64,000 bases of DNA from an uncultured archaeon (GTDB taxonomy: Archaea; Asgardarchaeota; Lokiarchaeia; Sigyniarchaeales; SOKP01): NCBI GenBank assembly GCA_964583985.1, contig CAZOYD010000001.1, positions 99,532 to 163,531 of the forward strand, read 5' to 3'. Shown here in pieces: positions 49,415-59,293 of this stretch. A program made the translations under genes and the position numbers. The notes beneath the pieces are model-generated. The model had not been told where the DNA came from and made no database searches. It was given only the letters and a program-made list of their open reading frames with translations. Each line of letters starts with the position of its first letter. The stretch's first letter is position 1.

Positions 49415-49855
49415 CTAGAGTTTAAGCTCCATTAAGTAAGCATTATCCCCTATGCGGTAATAATTATCAATTTCTTTGATAATACGAAAATTATGGTTCT
49501 GATAAAGCTTAAGAGCACTCAAATTAGAGATTCGAACATTTAAGATGATTCGTTTAAAAATTTGTGATTTTTCGACTTCCATTATAACATGATTCAAGAG
49601 ATAAGAGCCTAATCCCTTATGTCGATATCCTTCTTTTATGAGGAAATTTATGATGTTGAGCGTTTTTCTTTCTTGCTCTAAAATTATTACAAATCCTATT
49701 ATTTTTCCATCGTCATTTACCAGTTTAAGAAAAAAATTGTTATCATGTATTAACTGTTCAATTGATTCTTTTGAAAAAGAATCAGCTTTGAAAGTGGTTT
49801 TCTCAAGTGAAATTATTTGTTCTAAATCCTTAATTTTAACTTTTTCTATCTTCAT
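49415..49855 (-). CDS. RimI/Ard1-like GNAT N-acetyltransferase
   Basis: YRHKGLGS, LNVRISN..ALKLY, YY..GDNAYLM. Confidence 0.9.
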   Translation of the reverse strand: MKIEKVKIKDLEQIISLEKTTFKADSFSKESIEQLIHDNNFFLKLVNDDGKIIGFVIILEQERKTLNIINFLIKEGYRHKGLGSYLLNHVIMEVEKSQIFKRIILNVRISNLSALKLYQNHNFRIIKEIDNYYRIGDNAYLMELKL

Positions 49856-50996
49856 TTAATCCAATTTCCTCCCGAAATGAATCAATTGGTGATTTCTCTG
49901 TAATTTGTCGATATTTTTGCTCCCTGAATGGAGTTGTTTCCAATATGTAAAATTTTAATCCACTCTTGTTAATTAGTTGAATCAAATCGTCATTCAGGGC
50001 AACTCTAAATGGGAGTTTTAATCCTTCTTCATCAATTTCTAAAAGGTGTGGTTTTAATCTTGAAATTTTTAAAATTTGTTCTTTTATTTCATTTAATTGA
50101 TCTGAGGATCCTTCGATTTGGCTAAAGATCAATAAACCCTCGGGAGAAATTGATTCATACGATTTTCGTATTTTTTTTGCCCGGCGATAATATCGCTTAC
50201 TTAATTGCCAATGATCTTTTGCAAAAGTTGTACAAAAATGAATTTTAATTGAAACTTTGGGAGCCATTCGATCTAGTAGATCTAATGCCATTTCATAGCT
50301 ATTCTTTACAGAAGCTATTGTCCCATACTTTAATTCAAAACTACGCTCTTTTAGATTAGTACTATTTGTTATACTATATTCGAATTCATTTAAGTTGATA
50401 AAATCAGCTCCGATTTTATCTAAATAGATAATTAATTCTTCTAATTCTTTTATATAATCTTCTTGAGGAATTAAAGGCACTTCAGCACCAACACGCATCC
50501 CTTTTTTTAGAGCTAAATCGATTACATTCCAATTCTTCCTGGAAGGGTTAAATCTGATCTCATCTAAACCAGAATTTGCAAGTTCGAGAGCTAAATTTTC
50601 ATCAAAATTAACACCATTTGTATAGATGTGTATGTGGAATTTTGCACCTTTTTTTTGTTTGATAAATCTAATTATTTCAAGTGTAGATTTAATATTTGGT
50701 GTAAACAGGGGATCTCCTCCCGTGATACTCATACCCATGGCATCGGTTTTATTAATTTCCTCAAGAATTTCTTCTTTAGTAGTGATTTGGATCTCATTAG
50801 CAAATCTCAATGAATTATTTTTTCTTTCTTCAGAAATGGGGCAATACCAGTAGCAGTGATCTGGATTTTGGCATAATCCATTGAGAAATAATACTGTTTT
50901 TGCTCCCTTTAAGCATAATTTGCATCCCCTTGGAATCCCTCTTCGTTTTATAAAAAAGGTTTCTTTTCCTGAATTAATTATTTTTTTTTTTCTCAT
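49836..50996 (-). CDS. Radical SAM protein (COG2108-like)
   Basis: PRGCKLCLKGAKTVLF, C....C..C, SITGGDP, HIHIYT, INLNE. Confidence 0.85.
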   Translation of the reverse strand: MRKKKIINSGKETFFIKRRGIPRGCKLCLKGAKTVLFLNGLCQNPDHCYWYCPISEERKNNSLRFANEIQITTKEEILEEINKTDAMGMSITGGDPLFTPNIKSTLEIIRFIKQKKGAKFHIHIYTNGVNFDENLALELANSGLDEIRFNPSRKNWNVIDLALKKGMRVGAEVPLIPQEDYIKELEELIIYLDKIGADFINLNEFEYSITNSTNLKERSFELKYGTIASVKNSYEMALDLLDRMAPKVSIKIHFCTTFAKDHWQLSKRYYRRAKKIRKSYESISPEGLLIFSQIEGSSDQLNEIKEQILKISRLKPHLLEIDEEGLKLPFRVALNDDLIQLINKSGLKFYILETTPFREQKYRQITEKSPIDSFREEIGLNEDRKS

Positions 50997-51694
50997 ATTT
51001 CCCGTAATTTTTTTCTAATAATTGCTTTTTTTTTAGCAAGTAATTTTAGAACATCCTCAGTAGATTCATCTGGATTAAGAGATCTTTTTAAAAACACCCC
51101 AGTACGCCCATATTGTTCTCTTCTTAAAAGTACATTCCTTCTTTCTAAAATTGTTTCAATATCTACTTTGATTTCTTTAGCCGCATTATGCTCATTACCT
51201 ATAATTGACGATTCTTCATGACCCTCATTTGTAGGTTTGATAAGAACTAAGCGTTTATCTATTCCAGGAACTCTAATTTTTCTTTTTAACTGATTTTGAT
51301 TAACTTTTCCTCCAAATGAATAAAAGTCTAAGCTTCTTTTATTAAAAGGGGATATGGGGATTATAATACTTTCTAATTCACTTAAATAAATATACAGTTT
51401 TATTGTATCTCCTGGAGTTGCCATTATTATTTCTCTAAAATAATTATCATAACCATTTTTGAACAAAACATGCTCGATTAGAAATGATGATATTCTTTGC
51501 AAAAATATAATATCAATATCACTATCTACATGCACATCTCCACGAGCTATGCTTCCAAACACGTACGGTTTAAAACCTTCCATGACAAATAGATTTAATA
51601 ATTTTAAAGCTTGCAGTCTTTTATTATTCAGAAGTTCCCAATGATTTGCATTATAATTAATGATTCTATTATGATTTCTTAATATTTTATTCAT
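50993..51694 (-). CDS. Archaeal Pol-beta-family nucleotidyltransferase (COG2413-like)
   Basis: FGSIARGDVHVDSDIDI, RVPGIDKRL, GRTGVF. Confidence 0.88.
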   Translation of the reverse strand: MNKILRNHNRIINYNANHWELLNNKRLQALKLLNLFVMEGFKPYVFGSIARGDVHVDSDIDIIFLQRISSFLIEHVLFKNGYDNYFREIIMATPGDTIKLYIYLSELESIIIPISPFNKRSLDFYSFGGKVNQNQLKRKIRVPGIDKRLVLIKPTNEGHEESSIIGNEHNAAKEIKVDIETILERRNVLLRREQYGRTGVFLKRSLNPDESTEDVLKLLAKKKAIIRKKLREI

Positions 51695-51705
51695 TGTAAA
51701 TTCAT

Positions 51706-52497
51706 TTAAAGTCTGATTTTATTAATGAGATTTAGAATATTTCCAAATAAAACAGTTTCAAAATATTTAAAATTTCGAGAAGCATCACCAATTATGATTG
51801 AATTATTTAATTTTTGTATGCTACATTTCTCAAGAGTTTTATTTTTGAATTTAATAATGTTATATTCACTGAATATGAGGTATACCTTTTTTAAGGATTT
51901 ATTTTCTGCTTCATTTGTTAAATTTTCTGGTTTCTCTATAAAATTTACCTTAGAATTTATTATAATATGACCCAAGTAATTTTTTTCATTTTTTATGGAT
52001 ATCGCATTGCAAATTTTATCATTAAAAGATATTATTATGTATTTATCATTGTTTATTGATCCAGCTGTAGCTTTTATTATAGAATCGATTATGCTTTTTG
52101 CTTCATCGTTAATTTTGTCGTTGGATATATCAAATAATGATTTTTTACTAATAGATAACATTAAATTAACCACTCTTAATCCATAACTACTGAGTCCTTC
52201 GGAAATAACTCTTAACAGACTCATCCTTCTCTTCGTACGAAGAACAAATATGATAGGGTCGTTTTTATTAGAGAGTTTATTATTAATTGCATAGTTCCAT
52301 AAACAAACCTTAATATTAAACTCATCCTTTCTTTCGATTGATTTATAAGATGATATGGAGATATCTTCATTAGCTAATTTATACCTCCATCGTGTCAATA
52401 TTTTATAGATTTTAACCAAAATTAAAAAAATTATTAAAAAAATTATACTAACAGAGCTAACAAGTATCCAATCAACACGAAAAATATCAAAATCCAT
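51706..52497 (-). CDS. Membrane-anchored hypothetical protein
   Basis: N-terminal TM helix then alpha/beta domain; very AT-rich. Confidence 0.6.
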   Translation of the reverse strand: MDFDIFRVDWILVSSVSIIFLIIFLILVKIYKILTRWRYKLANEDISISSYKSIERKDEFNIKVCLWNYAINNKLSNKNDPIIFVLRTKRRMSLLRVISEGLSSYGLRVVNLMLSISKKSLFDISNDKINDEAKSIIDSIIKATAGSINNDKYIIISFNDKICNAISIKNEKNYLGHIIINSKVNFIEKPENLTNEAENKSLKKVYLIFSEYNIIKFKNKTLEKCSIQKLNNSIIIGDASRNFKYFETVLFGNILNLINKIRL

Positions 52498-52502
52498 AAC
52501 TT

Positions 52503-52829
52503 TTACTCCTTATTATAACTTACGACATCAGCAATCCACTGTAAATATTGGGTTGAGCCTTTTGTTATTGGTATCCTTATACATTCGGGATTTTCATAGC
52601 TATGTATTTCACGGACCTTTTGAATGACTTGGTTGCTTTTTTCTTCAATTGTTTTTATGATCAGTAATTGTTCTTTCTCAACATCAATCTGATTTTTCCA
52701 CCAATATGTAGAAATGATATTTGGTACAAGACTCACGCATGCAGCTAACTTTTCTTCTACTAAAATTTTGGAGATACTAGTCCCTTCTTCAATATTTGGG
52801 ACCGTCACAAAAAATACACAATATTTAAT
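52503..52829 (-). CDS. cutA: Divalent-cation tolerance protein CutA (probable ATT start)
   Basis: LVEEKLAACV, STYWW, HSYENPE; upstream strand YCVFFVT in frame. Confidence 0.93.
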   Translation of the reverse strand: MKYCVFFVTVPNIEEGTSISKILVEEKLAACVSLVPNIISTYWWKNQIDVEKEQLLIIKTIEEKSNQVIQKVREIHSYENPECIRIPITKGSTQYLQWIADVVSYNKE

Positions 52830-52959
52830 ATTTTTTCACCCTTGATAAGTGCATTGATTTATCATTGGTAATGAATGTTTAAATACAAACTTTTTTTTCT
52901 AAATAAAAGTTATCTAATCCTAAGAAAAAGCTTCTCAAATCACAAAAAATTCTTGAGAT

Positions 52960-53919
52960 GTGAATAAAAAAGTGTTAGATGAATTCTCTATTTCGATACC
53001 CGGTCGCATTTGTATATTAGGAGATAAAGTTGATTTACTGGAGAAACCAGTGATTGCAGCAACAATCGATTTAATGATGGACTTTAACTTTAAAAAATGT
53101 GACGACTCATCTATAACGTTTTATAGTCATAATACTAAAGAAAAAGTACAATTTCAATTAGGAGATATTCCTCCCCGAAATAATGATCTTTCTTATTGGA
53201 GTGTTTTATATGAAAAGTTAAAAAAAAAAATTAATACGGGATATTATTTGGAAGTAAATTCAGATATTCCTATTGGTCGAGGTTTATCAACCTCTGCTGC
53301 TATATCAGTAGGATTCCTAAGAGTAATGAATTTGGCATATGATTTGGGATTAGGAGATAAAGATATCGCTGAGCTTGCTTTCTGGGGAGAAAACCACGAA
53401 TTAGGAATCCAATGCGGGAGAATGGATCAATATAGCATAGCTTATGGAGGAGTCAGTTTTATCCATACGGATACTAATACAACAATCGAATCATTAGAAA
53501 TTAAAGAATTACCAATGGTTATAGGGGATTCTCTTGAAGATAGAAAAGCCAGTTCTATTTTAAATAGGATAAAAAATCAAATTAAAAATAAAGATCCTAA
53601 GACGATACGTGCATTTAAAATTATTGAAAAATGTGTATATGAAGGAAAAAAAGCATTATTAGAGGGAAATTTTCAAAAATTAGGATTATTGATGGATACT
53701 CAACAAGAACAAGAAGCAATCCTAAGAGCAGAAACTCAAAAAATAAAAGAATTATGTCAAGCTTCAAAGGATGTGGGAGCATTAGGAGCGAAGCAAATGG
53801 GCGCTGGAGGAGGAGGATGTATGATCGCACTATGCCCTGAAAAACAAGAAGAAGTCGCAAAAGCTATTAGAAATGCGGGTGGAGAAGCTTGGATATTTAA
53901 GTTATTTAATTACACATAA
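52960..53919 (+). CDS. GHMP-family kinase (galactokinase/mevalonate kinase-like)
   Basis: PGRICILG, IPIGRGLSTSAA, CGRMDQ, GAGGGG. Confidence 0.88.
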   Translation: MNKKVLDEFSISIPGRICILGDKVDLLEKPVIAATIDLMMDFNFKKCDDSSITFYSHNTKEKVQFQLGDIPPRNNDLSYWSVLYEKLKKKINTGYYLEVNSDIPIGRGLSTSAAISVGFLRVMNLAYDLGLGDKDIAELAFWGENHELGIQCGRMDQYSIAYGGVSFIHTDTNTTIESLEIKELPMVIGDSLEDRKASSILNRIKNQIKNKDPKTIRAFKIIEKCVYEGKKALLEGNFQKLGLLMDTQQEQEAILRAETQKIKELCQASKDVGALGAKQMGAGGGGCMIALCPEKQEEVAKAIRNAGGEAWIFKLFNYT

Positions 53920-53932
53920 AAGGGAATGATTT

Positions 53933-54670
53933 TTGAAGGCAATTATACTTTGCGCTGGACTTGGAAAACGAATGAAACCTTACACGGATAAATATCAAAA
54001 GACGATGTTACCTTTTAATGGCAAACCGATATTAGAGTTCATTATTGAAGGTATAAAAAGAGCTGGAATTAATGATTTCATCATAGTTGTTGGTTATCGT
54101 AAGGAGCAAATTATCGATTATTTTCAAGATGGATATAATTGGGATATAAAAATAGATTATATGGAGCAAAGGGATTTAAATGGAACAGGTGAAGCCGTTC
54201 TTTTATGTGAAACTTTAATTGATAATTCTGTCTTTTTCTTAACATGGGGAGATACACTTGTCTCATATGAAGTTTATAGAAAAGTAGTTGAACTCTATAG
54301 AAATGAAAAACCGGATTTCATTATAGTAGGAAATTTAGTCGATGATCCATATAGAGGTGCTGCTATATATATAAACGATCAACATTGTTCAGAAATTATT
54401 GAAAAACCCCTAAAAGGAACTTCTTCAACGAATGTAAATAATGCAGGGATATTTATTCTTTCTAAAAAGATATTTGATGTTTTAAAAAATCAAAAGAAAT
54501 CTGCCAGGGGTGAAATTGAAATACCTGAGACCATAAGATATGGAATAAAGAACCTTGACTGGCAAGTTCGAGTATTTAAAATGAGTAAAGATCACTTCTA
54601 TGGGGATTTGGGGGATCTTACTGAATATGAAAAGTTAAAAGATGATAAAAAATGGCTTGAATTATTATAA
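53933..54670 (+). CDS. Sugar-phosphate nucleotidyltransferase
   Basis: AIILCAGLGKRM.P.T...K, GTGEA, EKP, SARGEIEI. Confidence 0.9.
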   Translation: MKAIILCAGLGKRMKPYTDKYQKTMLPFNGKPILEFIIEGIKRAGINDFIIVVGYRKEQIIDYFQDGYNWDIKIDYMEQRDLNGTGEAVLLCETLIDNSVFFLTWGDTLVSYEVYRKVVELYRNEKPDFIIVGNLVDDPYRGAAIYINDQHCSEIIEKPLKGTSSTNVNNAGIFILSKKIFDVLKNQKKSARGEIEIPETIRYGIKNLDWQVRVFKMSKDHFYGDLGDLTEYEKLKDDKKWLELL

Positions 54671-54771
54671 TCCTTTTTTAATTCAGATTAAATATTTAAT
54701 AGGAGTTTAAATAATCTAATTTAAATATTAAATCATTCCAAATTCAACGTCTAATAAGATGTTAAGATTAA

Positions 54772-54936
54772 ATGAATGAAAAAATCTTAAGGGCAATTAT
54801 TGAAGACACGGGATTAACAAAAAGTGAAATAAGAGAATATATTTTGGGAAAGAAAAGAGAAATTGAAGGAATTACTGAGTTTGGTGCATTATTTATAATG
54901 TGCAAGGAATTATGTGTTGATTTTATATATCCTTAA
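54772..54936 (+). CDS. 54-aa helical protein resembling the archaeal RPA N-terminal/DUF2240 helical module (not in ORF track)
   Basis: MNEKILRAIIEDTGLTKSEIREYILGKKREIEGITEFGALFIMCKELCVDFIYP. Confidence 0.65.
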   Translation: MNEKILRAIIEDTGLTKSEIREYILGKKREIEGITEFGALFIMCKELCVDFIYP

Positions 54937-55113
54937 ATAAGATGAATATTCAATATTCTCTATTCGAATAAAAAAACTTAATTTTTAAGCAATTTTTTTA
55001 TTTTCGACCATATATTTAATTCAGAAATTATAAATATTGGGAATATTATTAATATTAAAACAATAAATTGAAGTCTTGCTTCTGCAGTAAGAGCGATTTA
55101 AATCAATTAGGAG

Positions 55114-55848
55114 GTGATTAAAGTTCTTCATAACCTATATCTAATACACCAATATTCAGGAATATGTTTAGTCCATCGAAGTTATGGAAATATAGAATTT
55201 AACCAAGATTTGGTTTCGGGTTTTTTAACCGCACTAAAGGATTTTAGCGTTGAATTCTCCAAGGGATCTGGTGAATTAAAAATCATAGATATGCAGATAT
55301 TTTACTTGTTATTAGTATTTAAAGAAGGAATTCTCTGCACGGCCGCTGCGGATAAGAATGATGATGCAAAAATCACTCATAAATGCTTGAGTGATATAAT
55401 CGAAAGATTTGTAGGAGAGTATGGTGATAAAATCGTCAATTGGTCAGGCGATGTTCGTATGTTTAGAGATTTCGAAGCAATCATAGATAAAATATTGCAA
55501 AATGGTAAGGTTGCTGAAGTCCCTCTTAAAATTCCAATTTTGAAAATTTATGAAAAAGATTTTTTAAAAAAAAGCAAAGAGATCTCTAAGAAAGGTTTAG
55601 TTGTTTCGGAAGAAGATTTACGCACTGTACAACATCAGAAGCCGGAATGGACTTCAAAAAGGTTGCCTACTCAAGTTATTACTCAAGGTTTTTTGGATAA
55701 AAATGCTTACAAGATTGCGCATTTAGCAGATGGATTTCATACAATTTCAGATATAGCAGAGGAAGCGGGAATTCCACAAGCTGAGATTGAGGTCATTATT
55801 GATGACTTAGATGATTTAGGCTTATTGAAATTTATTGATATCAAATGA
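55114..55848 (+). CDS. Longin-like domain + C-terminal winged helix protein
   Basis: LYLIHQYSGICL..DLVSGFLTALKDF Asgard longin-like pattern; DGFHTISDIAEEAG..LDDLGLL wHTH. Confidence 0.75.
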   Translation: MIKVLHNLYLIHQYSGICLVHRSYGNIEFNQDLVSGFLTALKDFSVEFSKGSGELKIIDMQIFYLLLVFKEGILCTAAADKNDDAKITHKCLSDIIERFVGEYGDKIVNWSGDVRMFRDFEAIIDKILQNGKVAEVPLKIPILKIYEKDFLKKSKEISKKGLVVSEEDLRTVQHQKPEWTSKRLPTQVITQGFLDKNAYKIAHLADGFHTISDIAEEAGIPQAEIEVIIDDLDDLGLLKFIDIK

Positions 55849-55971
55849 TTATACATTTTGATTTTTCTACTTTTTTGATACAGAGATATAAAATTCAGTT
55901 TTTTTTATAATCATATTCTTCAATTTAATAATCAAAAAATTTATGAAAATGGCAATATTTTTTCCTTTAGA

Positions 55972-57450
55972 ATGAATGTGAATAAAATTGCTAGTAATGT
56001 TTATGAAATTCCCCCTACTACCTTAATGGCGCGTGTGGAAGGAACGATAAGAAAATTTGAGATGAGTGTTCCAGTTCACATATATGCTAATGAGTATATC
56101 ATGGAAAGGATTAAACAAGATAAAACTCTTGATCAAATAAGCAATGTAGCTTGTTTACATGGTATTCAAAAACATGCTATTGCTTTATCTGACGCTCATC
56201 AAGGTTATGGTTTTTGCATAGGTGGAGTTGCAGGGACCAATGCTGAAGACGGTATGATATCTCCGGGAGGCGTTGGGTATGATATAAATTGTGGTGTTCG
56301 ATTACTACGAACGAATTTAATGATGAAAGATGTTAAAAAAAAAATTCCAACATTATTAGACACAATTTTTAAGAACATTCCTTCAGGTTTGGGGTCAAAA
56401 GGCAAATTAAACATTACTTTTTCAGATTTAGATGATGTCCTAAATAATGGATTAAAATGGGCACTTGATAAAGGTTATGCATTAGAAGAGGATATAAAAC
56501 ATTGTGAGGAAAATGGTTTCCTAAAAGAAGCGAATGCAGATTTAGTTTCAGAGAAAGCGAAACAAAGAGGAATAAAACAACTAGGATCCTTAGGAAGTGG
56601 GAATCATTTTTTAGAAATTCAAAAAGTAGACCAGATCTACAACAAAGAAGTAGCGAATAAATTAGGAATTTTTGAAGAGAATCAAGTCACGGTGATGGTT
56701 CATACCGGTTCGAGAGCTTTAGGTCATCAAGTATGTACCGATTCGTTGAGAACTATAGAAAAAGCCATGAAAAAATACAAGATTGAGGTTCCAGATAGAG
56801 AACTTGCTTGTGTACCTGCTAATACACCAGAAGCTGAAGATTATTTAACCCAAATGGCCTGTGCTGCAAATTTTGGGTTTAATAATAGGCAATTAATTAC
56901 ACATTGGTTAAGAGAATCGTTTCAATCCCATTTCAAACAGAGTGCAGAGGATTTAGATTTCACGCTTATATATGGAGTGGCTCATAATATTCTTAAAATA
57001 GAAGAACATGAAGTAGATGGCAAGAGGATGCTATTAAATGTACATAGGAAGGGAGCCACACGTGCTTTTCCTCCTGGTCATCCAGATTTACCCTCAGATT
57101 ATAAATATATTGGGCAGCCCGCATTAATCCCAGGTACCATGGGTTCGGCTTCATATCTTTGTGTTGGTAGACCAAAAGCAATGGATTTCTCATTTGGTTC
57201 AACAGCACATGGATCAGGTCGAGTGATGTCGAGATCCAAAGCGAAACGTACATACCTTCCTAATATCAGACAATTAACAGATAGTCTTGGAAATAAAGGA
57301 ATTTCGATAAGAGCGGCTTCAAATGAAGTAGTTGCCGAAGAAGCTCCGGGAGCTTATAAAGATATTGATCAAGTTGTCCAAGTTAGTCATGATCTCGGAA
57401 TTATTGAAAAAATCGTTCGTTTAGTACCAGTAGGAGTTGTTAAAGGATAA
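55972..57450 (+). CDS. rtcB: tRNA-splicing RNA ligase RtcB
   Basis: DAHQGYG, GYDINCG, GSGNHF, HTGSR, HRKGATR, HGSGR, EEAP.AYK. Confidence 0.98.
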   Translation: MNVNKIASNVYEIPPTTLMARVEGTIRKFEMSVPVHIYANEYIMERIKQDKTLDQISNVACLHGIQKHAIALSDAHQGYGFCIGGVAGTNAEDGMISPGGVGYDINCGVRLLRTNLMMKDVKKKIPTLLDTIFKNIPSGLGSKGKLNITFSDLDDVLNNGLKWALDKGYALEEDIKHCEENGFLKEANADLVSEKAKQRGIKQLGSLGSGNHFLEIQKVDQIYNKEVANKLGIFEENQVTVMVHTGSRALGHQVCTDSLRTIEKAMKKYKIEVPDRELACVPANTPEAEDYLTQMACAANFGFNNRQLITHWLRESFQSHFKQSAEDLDFTLIYGVAHNILKIEEHEVDGKRMLLNVHRKGATRAFPPGHPDLPSDYKYIGQPALIPGTMGSASYLCVGRPKAMDFSFGSTAHGSGRVMSRSKAKRTYLPNIRQLTDSLGNKGISIRAASNEVVAEEAPGAYKDIDQVVQVSHDLGIIEKIVRLVPVGVVKG

Positions 57451-57888
57451 TTAAATATCAAAAACAATATCAATTACGGTAAGATCACTTTTTTCATCTA
57501 TATTCATATATGAATACGTAATTGCTTTGACTTCTATTCCAATTTCATGACGAAACTTATCAAATTTCTCTCCTTTGGCAATTGCAATCAATCTATATTC
57601 ACTCTCTATTTTTATTACTTTTTTAATGATTATTTGGGAAAAGATTAACCCTTCAACATCAAAAATATATAAAAATTCAGATAAAAAATTTTCCAATAAA
57701 GCTTCCTTATCTTCTGCTTTGATTGTAATTTCTTTTTTCTCTATAATTTGGATTTTCTGCAAATCAGGGGAAATAGTTTTCATCAAACTATAGGCAGCTT
57801 GTTCAAATGCTTGTTCAATAGAGAATCCATAACAACGAACTTGAACATCAGCAGTGTGATCTATGTATTCAAATCCTGGAACTTTCAC
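57451..57888 (-). CDS. Archease
   Basis: FEYIDHTAD, EVKAITY, VFDI. Confidence 0.96.
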   Translation of the reverse strand: MKVPGFEYIDHTADVQVRCYGFSIEQAFEQAAYSLMKTISPDLQKIQIIEKKEITIKAEDKEALLENFLSEFLYIFDVEGLIFSQIIIKKVIKIESEYRLIAIAKGEKFDKFRHEIGIEVKAITYSYMNIDEKSDLTVIDIVFDI

Positions 57889-58005
57889 TCTCTTTTCATT
57901 CTCATTATTGATTTATAAAATTAATGCTTAAATATTATAGGATCGCATATTGTTTATTTTTTTCTTAGAGGACTTTAAAATGATTGTTGAAAAAATATCT
58001 TATAC

Positions 58006-58518
58006 ATGATGGATATAAATTCTATAGACTCTACAGATTCGCTATTAAATCAGAGACTTAATATTAAAAAAAAATATTCAAATCAAGAAATACTCCTTCA
58101 TCATTATTTTTACCAATGTTGTAAAGTGTATCCTAAAAATATCATCTTGATTAGGGATTTCGTTTTCTTTTTTGTAAATAGTCGTGATTATTTTAAAACG
58201 AAACTCTCCTTGCCTCTTATGAGACGACAAATCCAAAATAAAAAGATATTAATAATTCGTGATGAAAGTATACTTTTACGACTCCTGTATAACTTCTTTC
58301 CCGATCCTTACGTTCATGACATAAGAGTTTATCGAAATGTGTATTCTGGTAAAAAAGATATAATAGTTGGTTTTTTAAGTTTTGTAGAAAGGGGGATTGC
58401 CATTGGGTGTAAAGGGGAATATATCAAAGCGGTAAATAAATTATTTGAAAATTATATTATTATTAATAATGATGATGGTTTTCCAATAAACATAAAATGT
58501 GAGGTTGTAGGAATTTAG
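58006..58518 (+). CDS. Divergent NusA-like KH-domain protein
   Basis: LLYNFFP, ERGIAIGCKGEYIKAV. Confidence 0.6.
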   Translation: MMDINSIDSTDSLLNQRLNIKKKYSNQEILLHHYFYQCCKVYPKNIILIRDFVFFFVNSRDYFKTKLSLPLMRRQIQNKKILIIRDESILLRLLYNFFPDPYVHDIRVYRNVYSGKKDIIVGFLSFVERGIAIGCKGEYIKAVNKLFENYIIINNDDGFPINIKCEVVGI

Positions 58519-58519
58519 A

Positions 58520-59293
58520 TTACCACGGAACATCCTTCCATCCAATAATGTAAGCAAATGTATTGGCTATGATACTAATTGAAGGTGTGATAATCATTAG
58601 AAAGATGATAAGGTTCAAATCTGGAGCTATATATAAGCCGGGAAAAATGAGAACTGGAATTAACGAGAATAAAATTGCTCCCAAGGCGAAATCTAATTGA
58701 TCAACTATCCAGAATGGCGCTCCGCTAGGGTAATTTAAACGTCTTTTTATAAAGGATCCTGCTAAATCCCCAAGAGATGCTCCATATGAGACGAATATAA
58801 TTCTTATCAATAGCATTAAAAGTCCAATTGGAAAGGGACCACCAATAAAATAAAATTCATATAATTTTAAATCTGAATACACCTTAAAGATTCCTAGCTG
58901 TTCAACCGAAATTGGAATTTGTTGAATTGCTGGCCATAAAACGAGAAAAAGTAAAAAGATACCAATTGAGATAGGTATTCCGATATAAAGAGGACCTTTA
59001 ACTAGTCCATTTATAGTTTTGTGATCGCCTAATATTCTTCTTCCATCTTTACAAAATTTTCCACGGTCTATTGGTTTTCCGCCACCCACAAATACCATTC
59101 CAGCATTAGAAATGTACGCAGGAACAATAAATAACATGCTAAAAACTAAAATTGCTACCCAATCTGCCCATGAATAAATTAGTGAAATAACGATAAAATC
59201 TAAGAAGATCATCAATCCGCAGGCAAGTGCTAATATTAAAGCGATTCTGACGTGTTTCATTTTTAAAGGATCGTTATTATCATATTCAGACAT
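58520..59293 (-). CDS. carS: CDP-archaeol synthase
   Basis: PAYISN, GGKPID, DGRRILGDHKT, GDLAGSFIKRRL, DQLDF, KDVPW. Confidence 0.93.
   Translation of the reverse strand: MSEYDNNDPLKMKHVRIALILALACGLMIFLDFIVISLIYSWADWVAILVFSMLFIVPAYISNAGMVFVGGGKPIDRGKFCKDGRRILGDHKTINGLVKGPLYIGIPISIGIFLLFLVLWPAIQQIPISVEQLGIFKVYSDLKLYEFYFIGGPFPIGLLMLLIRIIFVSYGASLGDLAGSFIKRRLNYPSGAPFWIVDQLDFALGAILFSLIPVLIFPGLYIAPDLNLIIFLMIITPSISIIANTFAYIIGWKDVPW

Noticed and set aside
56010-56065. Extra residues near the RtcB N-terminus as a possible in-frame intron
   Set aside because: No hairpin or BHB geometry and no stop codon; more likely a protein-level insertion
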